Assembly (NCBI GenBank): GCA_030650415.1
Contig: JAUSEG010000005.1
Span: 23,333 to 87,332, forward strand
DNA: 64,000 nucleotides
Direction: 5' to 3'
DNA from: a bacterium
Lineage (GTDB): Bacteria > Patescibacteriota > Patescibacteriia > Patescibacteriales > GWC2-42-12
The stretch's first letter is position 1, and each line of letters begins with the position of its first letter. Under the pieces are notes generated by a model that searched no databases, was not told where the DNA came from, and saw nothing but the letters and a program-made list of their open reading frames with translations. The translations under genes and the position numbers were made by a program. Shown one piece after another: positions 34,017 through 42,603 of the stretch.

Positions 34017-35288
34017 CTACATGCCCTCATACTCCCGCATGGTCAGCTGGGATTCAACTTGCTTAACGGTTTCTATCACCACTGAAACTACGATGAGCAA
34101 TGAGGTGCCGCCGATTGTCAGTGATTGGATGTCGGTAAAATACCTTAAAATTAAAGGCAGAATGGCGATTGTGCCTAAAAATAAAGCGCCGACAAAGATT
34201 ATTTTATGAGTGGTGTTGGCTAAATACTCGCTAGTGTGCCGGCCCGGCCTGATGCCGGGAATAAAGCCACCCTGTTTCTGTAAATTTTCCGCGATTTGCG
34301 TAGGATGAAAAATAACCTCGGTATAAAAATAAGTAAAGGCAAAAACCAGCAAAAAATATAAAATCGCGTAAACCAATTGATTTTGAAAAAAACTGATCGT
34401 CCAAGCCGCGGCGCGAGCTAAAAATTCAGTGCGCGCGTTAATAAAAAATTGAGCGATCATGGGCGGAAAAATCACCACCGAAATAGCAAAAATAATCGGA
34501 ATAACTCCGGCCATATTTACGCGCAAAGGCAAATGAGTCGAAGTGCCGCCGAACATTCGATTGCCTCTGATTTGCCTGGCATACTGAACCGGCACATTGC
34601 GCTGTCCTTCGTTAATAATTACTACGCCGACGATGGTTATTATGGCAATCGCCAAAAACCCGAGAATCACATAGAGTTTTGACGGGTCAAAAGTTACGAT
34701 AACCTGCTGCGCGGTCTGGAGCAGGCCGGAAACGATACCGGCAAAAATCAATAAAGATATGCCGTTGCCGACCTTTTTTTCCGTCATCAGCTCGCCGAGC
34801 CACATTAAAAATACCGTACCGGCCGTTATGGTGGTAATCATGGTAATTAAACTCATGGCATCAATATCTCCTAAAATTAAATGAGACGACCGGCGCAGTA
34901 AAGTAATCATGCCGTAAGATTCCAGAGCGGCTAAAGGAACGGTTAACCAGCGAGTCCACATACTGACTTTATGGCGGCCGGCTTCTTCTTTATTCATTTC
35001 TTCCAGTTTAGGAATAATCATAGCTAGGAGCTGGAAGATAATTGAAGAAGTGATATAGGGTCCGACGCCCATCATGACTATGGAAAAATTCTGCATGCCG
35101 CCGCCGGCGAAAATGTTCATTAAGCCTAAAATTTGGTTTGAAGAAAAAAAATCTTTTAGCGCCTGCGCGTCTACTCCGGGAACCGGAATATGGGCGGCTA
35201 CGCGAAAAATCGCGAGCATAGCTAAAACAAAGAGGATGCTATTTCTTAAATCGCGCGCTTTCCAAATTTGGATTAATTTATCAAACAT
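34017..35288 (-). CDS. secY: Preprotein translocase subunit SecY
   Basis: 10-TM pattern, with IPVPGVD, GIRPG and GGTSLLI motifs. Canonical position after rplO. Confidence 0.93.
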   Translation of the reverse strand: MFDKLIQIWKARDLRNSILFVLAMLAIFRVAAHIPVPGVDAQALKDFFSSNQILGLMNIFAGGGMQNFSIVMMGVGPYITSSIIFQLLAMIIPKLEEMNKEEAGRHKVSMWTRWLTVPLAALESYGMITLLRRSSHLILGDIDAMSLITMITTITAGTVFLMWLGELMTEKKVGNGISLLIFAGIVSGLLQTAQQVIVTFDPSKLYVILGFLAIAIITIVGVVIINEGQRNVPVQYARQIRGNRMFGGTSTHLPLRVNMAGVIPIIFAISVVIFPPMIAQFFINARTEFLARAAAWTISFFQNQLVYAILYFLLVFAFTYFYTEVIFHPTQIAENLQKQGGFIPGIRPGRHTSEYLANTTHKIIFVGALFLGTIAILPLILRYFTDIQSLTIGGTSLLIVVSVVIETVKQVESQLTMREYEGM

Positions 35289-35304
35289 ATATATGCTTTA
35301 TGTC

Positions 35305-35447
35305 TGTCATTGCGAGGAATGGAGCGAAGCGTAATGACGAAGCAATCTCACGCATATCTATTTATTACCAGCTGTGCAAATTACATTAATTTTCTTGCTT
35401 AGATGTTCGTGAGATTGCTTCGCTCCTTTCAGTCGCTCGCAATGACA
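35305..35447. repeat. Type-1 mosaic palindromic element
   Basis: TGTCATTGCGAGG...GACGAAGCAATCTCACG...CGTGAGATTGCTTCG...CGCTCGCAATGACA, between rplO and secY. Confidence 0.85.
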
Positions 35448-35465
35448 TTGTTTATGACAAATTAC

Positions 35466-35921
35466 TTATTCTTTATTCCAGCTAGTTTTTCCGCCCAGCT
35501 TCTCAACTTGCGCCTTGGCGCTATCGCTTAACTTGATATTTTCAAATTCTAAATTTTTAAACTTTAGTTCTCCTTGACCCAAAACTTTTATCGCTCCTTC
35601 AATTGAGCTAATCAAACCGGCCTTAAAGAGGCTCTGGGCGTTAATCTTAGCGCCATCGGAAAAAGCTTCATTTAGATCTTTTATGTTAACCACCTGATTC
35701 TTCGGTTTATCCGACTTAAAGCCTCTCATTTTCGGCGTTTGCGCCAAAATCTTTTTAAAACCCAATCTCTTTAATTTATTTCTACCGCCGGTTCTTGATC
35801 TTTGACCCTTAATGCCGCGCGTACTATAAGAACCATGGCCGGAAGCGTTGCCCCTGCCGACTCGCTTCTTACTTCTAGAAGCGCCATGGGCTGGCTTAAT
35901 TGTATGCAATGATAAAGACAT
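35466..35921 (-). CDS. rplO: 50S ribosomal protein L15
   Basis: KRVGRGNASGHGSYSTRGIKGQ motif and synteny. Confidence 0.92.
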   Translation of the reverse strand: MSLSLHTIKPAHGASRSKKRVGRGNASGHGSYSTRGIKGQRSRTGGRNKLKRLGFKKILAQTPKMRGFKSDKPKNQVVNIKDLNEAFSDGAKINAQSLFKAGLISSIEGAIKVLGQGELKFKNLEFENIKLSDSAKAQVEKLGGKTSWNKE

Positions 35922-35948
35922 AATCTTAATAAAATTATTACTCTTATA

Positions 35949-36716
35949 TTATAATATATTATTTACTTCTTGTCTTGGGGCGGTAAGATCGCTTATAGTT
36001 GAGAGCACCGGTTTTTCTTTTTCCGCTTTAACGCGCTTCGGCTCCGGTCTTTTTAAATTCTTTAAAGCTTCAATTACGCATTTAGCGTTATTAACTTTAT
36101 TGCCGGTGCCTAAAATTTTACTGGTGACATTTTTCACGCCAGCCAGTTCTAAAATAATTCTGACCACGCCGCCGGCGATAATACCGCGGCCCTTTTTAGC
36201 CGGTTTAAATAAAATTTTAGCCGCGCCGAATTTCTGGTAAATTTCATGAGGAATCGTTTCGTTAACTATCGGTATATCAATAAATTCTTTTTTAGCTTTA
36301 TTTACGGCTTTAGTTACCGCGCCGGTTACATCAGCACCCTTAGCTAAACCAATCGCCACTCTGCCCTTTTTATTGCCAATCGCGACGCAAGCTCTAAAAC
36401 GCATTCTTTTGCCTCCGGCCATAACTCTGGTAACTCTGGCAATATCGATCATTTTCTGCTCAAATTCTTCAGGCATACCATCGCTTTTGCCTCTAGAAGC
36501 GCCTCTTCTGCCTTTAAAATTCTTATTTCTGTCTCCACCGGCGCCGCCTCTAAAATTATTTCTATTTTCAGTCGCAGGAGCATTTACGGCCCGCCCACCA
36601 TCGCTTCGCCTCTCAGCCGTTGCGGGCGTGGCGCCATTAACCTTAGACTCCGTTACCGGCGCTATTTCAGCTTGCTTATTTTCTTGTGGTTTCTTTTCTT
36701 CTGCCATATTGTTCAC
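35949..36716 (-). CDS. rpsE: 30S ribosomal protein S5 with ~85-aa N-terminal extension
   Basis: VTRVMAGGKRMRFRACVAIGNKKGRVAIGLAKG core. The 27-nt gap to rplO leaves no room for rpmD (L30). Confidence 0.9.
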   Translation of the reverse strand: MNNMAEEKKPQENKQAEIAPVTESKVNGATPATAERRSDGGRAVNAPATENRNNFRGGAGGDRNKNFKGRRGASRGKSDGMPEEFEQKMIDIARVTRVMAGGKRMRFRACVAIGNKKGRVAIGLAKGADVTGAVTKAVNKAKKEFIDIPIVNETIPHEIYQKFGAAKILFKPAKKGRGIIAGGVVRIILELAGVKNVTSKILGTGNKVNNAKCVIEALKNLKRPEPKRVKAEKEKPVLSTISDLTAPRQEVNNIL

Positions 36717-36756
36717 TCCGCCAACTGGCGGACATTCGCTTAAATTAATTTAAAAT

Positions 36757-37188
36757 TTAAAACTTCAAACCGCCAAGCCTGGCGCCTTCAGCCAAAGCCT
36801 TAACTCGGCCATGATATTTATAACCGTTGCGGTCAAACACCACTCGGCTAATACCCTTAGCTACGGCTTTCTCGGCAATCAATTTACCTAATTCCAAGCT
36901 AATAGCGGTTTTCTTACCTATCTGTCCGGTAGGCAGGCCTTTAGCTTTTACCCCGTTAAATTCCCGATTACTATCGGGACCGGCGGAGCCGGATTTAACG
37001 GGGTGAGCTTCGCCGGCGCCCACGCTAACTAAGGTCCTGCCAATTTCATCATTTATAATTTGGGCATAAATGCCGCGATTGGATCTGAAAACGGTTAGTC
37101 TTGGGCAAACGGCTGTGCCGCTGACCTTGGCTCTGACTCTGCCCTTGCGCCTAAATCTTTTAGCTTGTTTAATTTTATTTATATCCAT
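36757..37188 (-). CDS. rplR: 50S ribosomal protein L18 with repeat-derived internal insertion
   Basis: [17 protein letters not shown] and [26 protein letters not shown]. About 22 extra residues (..[28 protein letters not shown]..) are encoded by the repeat modules. Confidence 0.9.
   Translation of the reverse strand: MDINKIKQAKRFRRKGRVRAKVSGTAVCPRLTVFRSNRGIYAQIINDEIGRTLVSVGAGEAHPVKSGSAGPDSNREFNGVKAKGLPTGQIGKKTAISLELGKLIAEKAVAKGISRVVFDRNGYKYHGRVKALAEGARLGGLKF
36922..37006. repeat. CTGTCCGGTAGGCAGG module plus a type-2 hairpin element inside rplR
   Basis: TACCCCGTTAAAT-TCCCGATTACTATCGGGACCGGCGGAGCCGG-ATTTAACGGGGTGA, with the same termini as the leader elements at 6384 and 12717. Confidence 0.8.
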
Positions 37189-37216
37189 ATACCAATAATT
37201 TAAAATCTCAAATTAT

Positions 37217-37765
37217 TTATTTCTCAGTTTTACCGGCAGTTTTACCGGCTTTTCTTCTTAACGTTTCATCAGCATATTTAATGCCCTTGCCTTTATAAGG
37301 TTCGGGTTTTCTAATCCTTCTAATTTGCGCCGCGGCTTCGCCAACCATATATTTATCAATGCCGCTGATAGTAACGATATTGGCTTGAACTTCAACTTTT
37401 AAACCGGCGGGTAATTCATAAACTACCGGATGAGAATAACCAACGTTCAGGGTCAGCTTATTGCCGCTCGTGGCCGCCTTATAACCGACGCCGTTAATCT
37501 CTAATTTTTTAACATAAAGCTCATTAACTCCAACCACCATGTTTTTTATTAAGCTTCTGAATAATCCCCAAAGAGATTTGTCTTTGACGTTAGTCGGATC
37601 GGCCACGGTGACCGTTATTTCTTTATCGGTTATTGCTACTTTAACTGATTCATGAATCTTGGTTTTAAGTTCGCCCTTAGGGCCTTTAACGATTATAAAA
37701 CCATCCTCCAGTTTAGCCTGGGTACCGGCGGGTATTTCAATTGGTAGTTTTCCTAATCTAGACAT
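37217..37765 (-). CDS. rplF: 50S ribosomal protein L6
   Basis: MSRLGKLPIEIPAGT N-terminus and synteny. Confidence 0.92.
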   Translation of the reverse strand: MSRLGKLPIEIPAGTQAKLEDGFIIVKGPKGELKTKIHESVKVAITDKEITVTVADPTNVKDKSLWGLFRSLIKNMVVGVNELYVKKLEINGVGYKAATSGNKLTLNVGYSHPVVYELPAGLKVEVQANIVTISGIDKYMVGEAAAQIRRIRKPEPYKGKGIKYADETLRRKAGKTAGKTEK

Positions 37766-37802
37766 AATATTGTATTATCAAGTAAAAATTTAATAAAAGT
37801 CT

Positions 37803-38213
37803 TTAATATATTTCACAAATTAGTTCTCCGCCCACGCCCTTTTTCTTAGCTTCTTTATTAGTCATTAAACCGCTGGAGGTGGAAATTATCGCGATACCCA
37901 AATTATTTAAAACTCTTGGCAATTCATTTCTATTTACATAAACCCTTCTGCCCGGGGTGCTGATTTTCTTTAAAGAAGTAATCGCCGGTTCGCCATTTCG
38001 GTATTTTAAATCAATTTTTATTTCATTAAAAACCGAATCAGAGTTCTTTTTGGCTGCAACTTTTATTATCTCCGCTTTTTCAATCCAACCACCCTGCACT
38101 AAAATTTTAGCGATGCTGTATTTTATCTTGCTCATAGGCAAGACAACCGTTTTTTTATTTACGGCTTGAGCGTTTCTTATTCTTGTAAGCATGTCTGCGA
38201 TTGGGTCTGTCAT
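37803..38213 (-). CDS. rpsH: 30S ribosomal protein S8
   Basis: MTDPIADMLTRIRNA N-terminus and synteny. Confidence 0.92.
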   Translation of the reverse strand: MTDPIADMLTRIRNAQAVNKKTVVLPMSKIKYSIAKILVQGGWIEKAEIIKVAAKKNSDSVFNEIKIDLKYRNGEPAITSLKKISTPGRRVYVNRNELPRVLNNLGIAIISTSSGLMTNKEAKKKGVGGELICEIY

Positions 38214-38526
38214 ATATAATTTAAAGTTTAAAAATCAAAATGTAAAATTAAGGATTCTTGCGCACTTTTTTGGGAAGGCAACTCTGGCTTCCCGGCTTTA
38301 ACGGACTTGCGAGAATGACCCCCGCATCTTAGTTCCAGCACCTATCGTGCTTATTGATGGGGGGGGTACTCTTGCCAGAGTTGCCAAAAAATTGAAAGAG
38401 CCTTTCCAAAAAAAATGTGTAAGAATTATTTACTGACTTACCTATATGTACTCTCTATAATATAAATTTAATTTTAAATTTTACACTGCCATTTTCCATT
38501 TTGAGATTTACATTTTACATTTTCTA
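38214..38526 (-). other. 313-nt structured spacer between rpsN and rpsH (candidate leader or ncRNA)
   Basis: Nested complementarity: GGCAACTCTGGC/GCCAGAGTTGCC (12/12), TTTTTTGGGAAGG/CCTTTCCAAAAAA, ACCCCC.../GGGGGGGT and AGCAC-CTATC-GTGCT. No ORF. Confidence 0.5.
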
Positions 38527-38712
38527 TTACCAACTCGATTTCGTTACTCCCGGTATATCGGTATTAGACGCTAATTCCCTAAAACAAATACGGCAGATGC
38601 CAAAATCTCTCATAAAGCCGTGATTGCGGCCGCAACGCCAGCAACGCCTGACAATCCTCGTGGAAAATTTCGGTTTTCTTTTTGATTTTGCGATTAAAGC
38701 TGTTCTTGCCAT
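38527..38712 (-). CDS. rpsN: 30S ribosomal protein S14 type Z (zinc form)
   Basis: 61 aa, with CWRCGR...CRIC. Confidence 0.92.
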   Translation of the reverse strand: MARTALIAKSKRKPKFSTRIVRRCWRCGRNHGFMRDFGICRICFRELASNTDIPGVTKSSW

Positions 38713-38721
38713 AGATGCAAA

Positions 38722-39360
38722 TTAATTAATTTTTTTCTTATTCTTTTTAATTTTTTTAAATTCGCTTTCATCCGCGTTAAACGGGAAACCGATCAATCTG
38801 AATAGCTCCAAACCTTCTTCATGGGTTTTAGCGGTTGTGCTAAGGCAAATCCCCAAACCGTGAACATTCTCGGTTTCATCAGCTTTAATCTCCGGGAAAG
38901 CCACGTGTTCTTTAAAACCGACTGATAGATTACCGGTATTATCAACCTGCTTAGAGCTAATGCCTCTAAAATCCCTAATTCTCGGAAAGGTTATATTTAC
39001 CAGCTTTTCCACAAAATCAAACATTCTTTTATTGCGCATGGTTACGGCTACGCCGATCACCATGCCTTTTCTGGTCTTAAAAGCCGAAACTGATTGCTTG
39101 GCTTTAGTTAAAATTGTTTTCTGTCCACTGATTCTTTCTAAACTCGAAACTACGCCATCAATAAAAGCTTTGTCTTTAGCGTTTTTCCCCACGCCTGAAT
39201 TAAGCACCACTTTGGTTAAGCGCGGCACAGCCAGCTGGTTTTTATAACCAAATTTTTCTGCCATTTTCGGGATTATTTCTTTTTTATATCTTTCTTTTAA
39301 ATTTACCCCGTTAAATAAATTATTATCTTTATTTGATTTTTTTTCTATTTGATCTGGCAT
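38722..39360 (-). CDS. rplE: 50S ribosomal protein L5 (with terminal extensions)
   Basis: VPRLTKVVLNSGVG, FDFVEKLVNITFPRIRDFRG and synteny. Confidence 0.9.
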   Translation of the reverse strand: MPDQIEKKSNKDNNLFNGVNLKERYKKEIIPKMAEKFGYKNQLAVPRLTKVVLNSGVGKNAKDKAFIDGVVSSLERISGQKTILTKAKQSVSAFKTRKGMVIGVAVTMRNKRMFDFVEKLVNITFPRIRDFRGISSKQVDNTGNLSVGFKEHVAFPEIKADETENVHGLGICLSTTAKTHEEGLELFRLIGFPFNADESEFKKIKKNKKKIN

Positions 39361-39415
39361 ATTTACTCATAAAACCCGGCTAAATATTAAAAATCTAACG
39401 GGGTGAATATAATAA

Positions 39416-39748
39416 TTAATCAATTACCTGCTGGCATTTTTTACAAACTCTAACCTTTTTCTTAGATTTAACTTCGTTTTTTACAACTTCTATATATTTA
39501 TAACCTACTCTGGTCGGTTTATCGCAGCCTCCACAAACTAAAATAACATTTGATAAATTCATTGGCGCCGGGAATTCAATTCTCTGGCCTTTCTCGCCTT
39601 TCTTTCTGGGGCGCATATGCTTAATTAAAAGATTCAAACCTTCAATACTGGCTCGATTGCTCGACTCGAAAATCTGTAAAACTTTACCGATTTTACCTTT
39701 ATCTTTTCCCGCTAAAATTTTAACTTTATCGCCTTTTTTTATCTTCAT
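39416..39748 (-). CDS. rplX: 50S ribosomal protein L24, variant with CxxC...CxxC
   Basis: KOW motif MKIKKGDKVKILAGKDKGKIGKV. The C-terminal part carries VCGGC...VCKKC. Confidence 0.9.
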   Translation of the reverse strand: MKIKKGDKVKILAGKDKGKIGKVLQIFESSNRASIEGLNLLIKHMRPRKKGEKGQRIEFPAPMNLSNVILVCGGCDKPTRVGYKYIEVVKNEVKSKKKVRVCKKCQQVID

Positions 39749-39756
39749 ATTTTTTC

Positions 39757-39826
39757 TGTCATCCTGGAGCGAAGCGATAGGATCTAGATTCTATCGATCG
39801 GCCTCTGGCCTCCCTCCAGAATGACA
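39757..39826. repeat. Type-1 mosaic palindromic element (short form)
   Basis: TGTCATCCTGGAGCG...CCCTCCAGAATGACA, between rplN and rplX. Confidence 0.8.
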
Positions 39827-39831
39827 ATTTA

Positions 39832-40203
39832 TTAAAGCACTTCCGGCGCGAGCGACGCAATCTTCGTAAAGCCCAGCTGTTTTAATTCTCTGGCAACCGG
39901 ACCAAAAATTCTTGTGCCCTTAGGCTCTTTCTTTTCTTTATCAATAATTACGCAAGCATTTTCATCAAAACGCGCGTAAACGCCGTCCGATCTTCTGATT
40001 TCTTTTCTGGTTCTAACGATTACGGCATGCGCGATATCGCCATTTTTAATGGCGGCATGAGGTTCGGCATCTTTAACCACCACGGTAATAATCTCGCCAA
40101 CGGTGGCATAACGTTTTTTATAGCCGCCAAGCACCCTGATGCACATGACGATTTTTGCGCCTGTATTATCCGCAACCTTTAACATTGTTTGGACTTGTAT
40201 CAT
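39832..40203 (-). CDS. rplN: 50S ribosomal protein L14
   Basis: [17 protein letters not shown]. Confidence 0.93.
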   Translation of the reverse strand: MIQVQTMLKVADNTGAKIVMCIRVLGGYKKRYATVGEIITVVVKDAEPHAAIKNGDIAHAVIVRTRKEIRRSDGVYARFDENACVIIDKEKKEPKGTRIFGPVARELKQLGFTKIASLAPEVL

Positions 40204-40220
40204 AAGCGTAATTTAATATA

Positions 40221-40493
40221 TTAATATACCATGCGCCATCTCTTATCCTTGCTTAACGGACGGCATTCAACGAATTGCACCTTATCGCCGACTTTATACT
40301 GATTTTTTTCATCATGCACTTTATACTTTCTGTTGGTCTTATAGCGCTTCTCGTATTTCGGATATATCTTAACCGACTCAACGGTAACTACTCTGGTTTT
40401 ATTCATTTTATCGCCGACCACCACGCCGCTAAACTTACGTTTAATAACTTCTCGCTTAACCGCTTGATTTTTTGGCTGTTTTTGATTTTCCAT
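40221..40493 (-). CDS. rpsQ: 30S ribosomal protein S17
   Basis: GVVVGDKMNKTRVVTVE...KYKVHDE pattern and synteny. Confidence 0.9.
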   Translation of the reverse strand: MENQKQPKNQAVKREVIKRKFSGVVVGDKMNKTRVVTVESVKIYPKYEKRYKTNRKYKVHDEKNQYKVGDKVQFVECRPLSKDKRWRMVY

Positions 40494-40495
40494 AT

Positions 40496-40687
40496 TTATT
40501 TAGCTTTTTTGCTGCTTAATAAAGTTAATACTTTTGCAATGGTCTTTTTTATCTCTCTGATTTCTCTAATATCCTTTAGCTGTTTGTTGGCATCCTTAAA
40601 ACGCAAATCTCTTAATTTATCGCGAAATTCGTTTAAAAATTGCTTCAATTCTTTTTCGGTTTTAAGTTTTAATTCCTTAAATTCCAT
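40496..40687 (-). CDS. rpmC: 50S ribosomal protein L29
   Basis: 63 aa, with LKTEKELKQFLNEFRDKLRDLRF. Confidence 0.88.
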   Translation of the reverse strand: MEFKELKLKTEKELKQFLNEFRDKLRDLRFKDANKQLKDIREIREIKKTIAKVLTLLSSKKAK

Positions 40688-40706
40688 ATTTATAATATTT
40701 AAACTT

Positions 40707-41111
40707 TTATTTCTTAATATACTTGCATTTAACCGGTAATTTATATTCAGCCATCTTCATAGCTTCCTTGGCTTCGGTTTCGGTTATACCGGCGATTTCA
40801 AACATAATCATTCCCGGTTTAACTATGGCTACATAATGATCAACCGTACCTTTACCCTTGCCCATGGGAATTTCTCCGCCTTTTACCGTAACCGATTTAT
40901 CCGGGAAAATTCTAATCCAAACTTTTCCGCCCTTGCTGATATATCTGGTTAAAACTTTTCTGACCGATTCAATCTGTCTTGAAGAAACCCAGCAGGCTTC
41001 CAAACTCTTTAAACCGTAATCGCCAAAACTCAATTCAAGCATTTGGGAAGCTTTTCCGCCCCTTTTGCGTTTATGCATTTTTCTCCATTTGGTTTTTTTT
41101 GGCATCAACAT
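40707..41111 (-). CDS. rplP: 50S ribosomal protein L16
   Basis: MLMPKKTKWRKMHKRKRGG. Confidence 0.93.
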   Translation of the reverse strand: MLMPKKTKWRKMHKRKRGGKASQMLELSFGDYGLKSLEACWVSSRQIESVRKVLTRYISKGGKVWIRIFPDKSVTVKGGEIPMGKGKGTVDHYVAIVKPGMIMFEIAGITETEAKEAMKMAEYKLPVKCKYIKK

Positions 41112-41143
41112 AGCTGCTTGCTTTAAAGTTTAAACTTATTAAA

Positions 41144-41833
41144 CTACTTTCTTTCTCCAATAACTTCCCCTTGGGCGGCCTCATTTTTTTTCTTAAAGAC
41201 ATCGCCTTTATATATCCAAAATTTTATGCCAATCGCGCCATAAGCGGTTCTAGCCGTAGCTTTAGCAAAATCTATATCAGCTCTTAAGGTGTGCAAAGGA
41301 ACTTTGCCGGAAGTTAGCATCTCCGTTCTGGCGATTTCTGATCCGTTAAGACGGCCGCTAACCACCACTTTTACTCCCAAAGCGCCGGCTCTTTCAACTC
41401 GGCTGATTGCCTGCTTCATTACTCTTCTAAAAGGCATTCTCTTCTCAATATCAATCGCCATTGATCCGGCGACAATCATACTGCTTAAATTCGGCCGATC
41501 GAATTCAGTAATATTCAAATTTATATCATTTAACTTAAAATTCTTTAAAAATTTATCATGCAGCTTCTTTTTTAAATCGCCGGCTCCGCTGCCGCCGCGG
41601 CCGATTATAATACCCGGTTTGGCCGTAAAAATACCGATCGTAAACTTATGGCCGCTTCTCTCTATTTCGAAACGATCTACTCCGGCCTCGCGCAATTCAG
41701 CGAATAAATATTTTTTTATTCTAACATCCTGTTCTAAATTCTTAATTAAAACTTTTCCAGTAGCAAACCACCTGGACGGCCAGGTCCTGGTAATATTCAA
41801 TCTAAAAACTTTTGGATTTACCTTATGTCCCAT
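41144..41833 (-). CDS. rpsC: 30S ribosomal protein S3
   Basis: MGHKVNPKVFRL and the KH domain IIGRGGSG. Confidence 0.93.
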   Translation of the reverse strand: MGHKVNPKVFRLNITRTWPSRWFATGKVLIKNLEQDVRIKKYLFAELREAGVDRFEIERSGHKFTIGIFTAKPGIIIGRGGSGAGDLKKKLHDKFLKNFKLNDINLNITEFDRPNLSSMIVAGSMAIDIEKRMPFRRVMKQAISRVERAGALGVKVVVSGRLNGSEIARTEMLTSGKVPLHTLRADIDFAKATARTAYGAIGIKFWIYKGDVFKKKNEAAQGEVIGERK

Positions 41834-41874
41834 ATGATATTTCTTGTCCTCCGCGGGGAGGAAAAATTAATTGC

Positions 41875-42456
41875 TTAGCCGCTCTTTCTTCTAAACATTT
41901 TTCCGACAAAGCCCTTGCTGCCGCCTTCGATTTTAGCATGTCCGCCCCGGCCTTCCATTCTCGGGTCAACTATAACCTTGCCTTCTTCCTGCATGGCCAG
42001 ATTTTTTTCTTTTTCCGGCTTTTCAGAATCCTTTATCTTAACGGCCGCGTCTTTTTTCGGCTGGGTTTCAAGTTTAATCGGCGCTTCCAGATTCTGTTTC
42101 TTCGAGGTTTTAACTCCCGAAGCCTTGATTTCTCCCAAGACTAAATTTATATGGCTGGTTCGTTTCTTAATCGGCGTGGCCCGGCCATGGGCTCTCGGCA
42201 TCCAGCGTTTTAAAGTTGGGCCTTCGCCGACGGTTATCTCTTTTATGAATAAATTGTCTTTGGCTAATTCAAAATTATGCTCGGCATTAGCTATAGCGGA
42301 CAAAACCAGCTTAGCTACCGGCCTGGCGGCTAATTTATTTATAAAATGCAATTGATCCAAAGCCTTGTCTACCGGCAACTTCTTAATAAGATTAGTTACT
42401 AAGCGCATTTTAATCGGTGACATTCTGATAAATTTTGCTTTAGCTTTAACTTCCAT
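41875..42456 (-). CDS. rplV: 50S ribosomal protein L22 with ~80-aa C-terminal extension
   Basis: AKFIRMSPIKMRLVTNLI and RWMPRAHGRATPIKKRTSHI. Confidence 0.9.
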   Translation of the reverse strand: MEVKAKAKFIRMSPIKMRLVTNLIKKLPVDKALDQLHFINKLAARPVAKLVLSAIANAEHNFELAKDNLFIKEITVGEGPTLKRWMPRAHGRATPIKKRTSHINLVLGEIKASGVKTSKKQNLEAPIKLETQPKKDAAVKIKDSEKPEKEKNLAMQEEGKVIVDPRMEGRGGHAKIEGGSKGFVGKMFRRKSG

Positions 42457-42603
42457 ACTTACTTTATTCTATCAAGTTAAAATTTAATGGCCGTAGAGTT
42501 CTACTCGCTATTAAATTTTAACTTGATACATTATATTTTTTGTTTATCCCCTTGAGGGGGAAAATATTAAAAACTTTTTCTAAAAAAGTTTTTAAAGTTT
42601 TAT
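42457..42603. repeat. Structured spacer element, copy 1 (rpsS-rplV); copy 2 at 54478-54638
   Basis: The two copies share an identical 41-nt core AAAATTTAATGGCCGTAGAGTTCTACTCGCTATTAAATTTT, plus ATCCCC..GGGGGAA and the palindrome AAAACTTTTTCTAAAAAAGTTTT. Confidence 0.85.

Noticed and set aside
38214-38526. Tried to read the rpsN-rpsH spacer as SRP RNA, 6S RNA, RNase P RNA or tmRNA
   Set aside because: None of the hallmark motifs I can recall for those RNAs are present, and the length is wrong for RNase P or tmRNA. It is left as an unclassified structured spacer.
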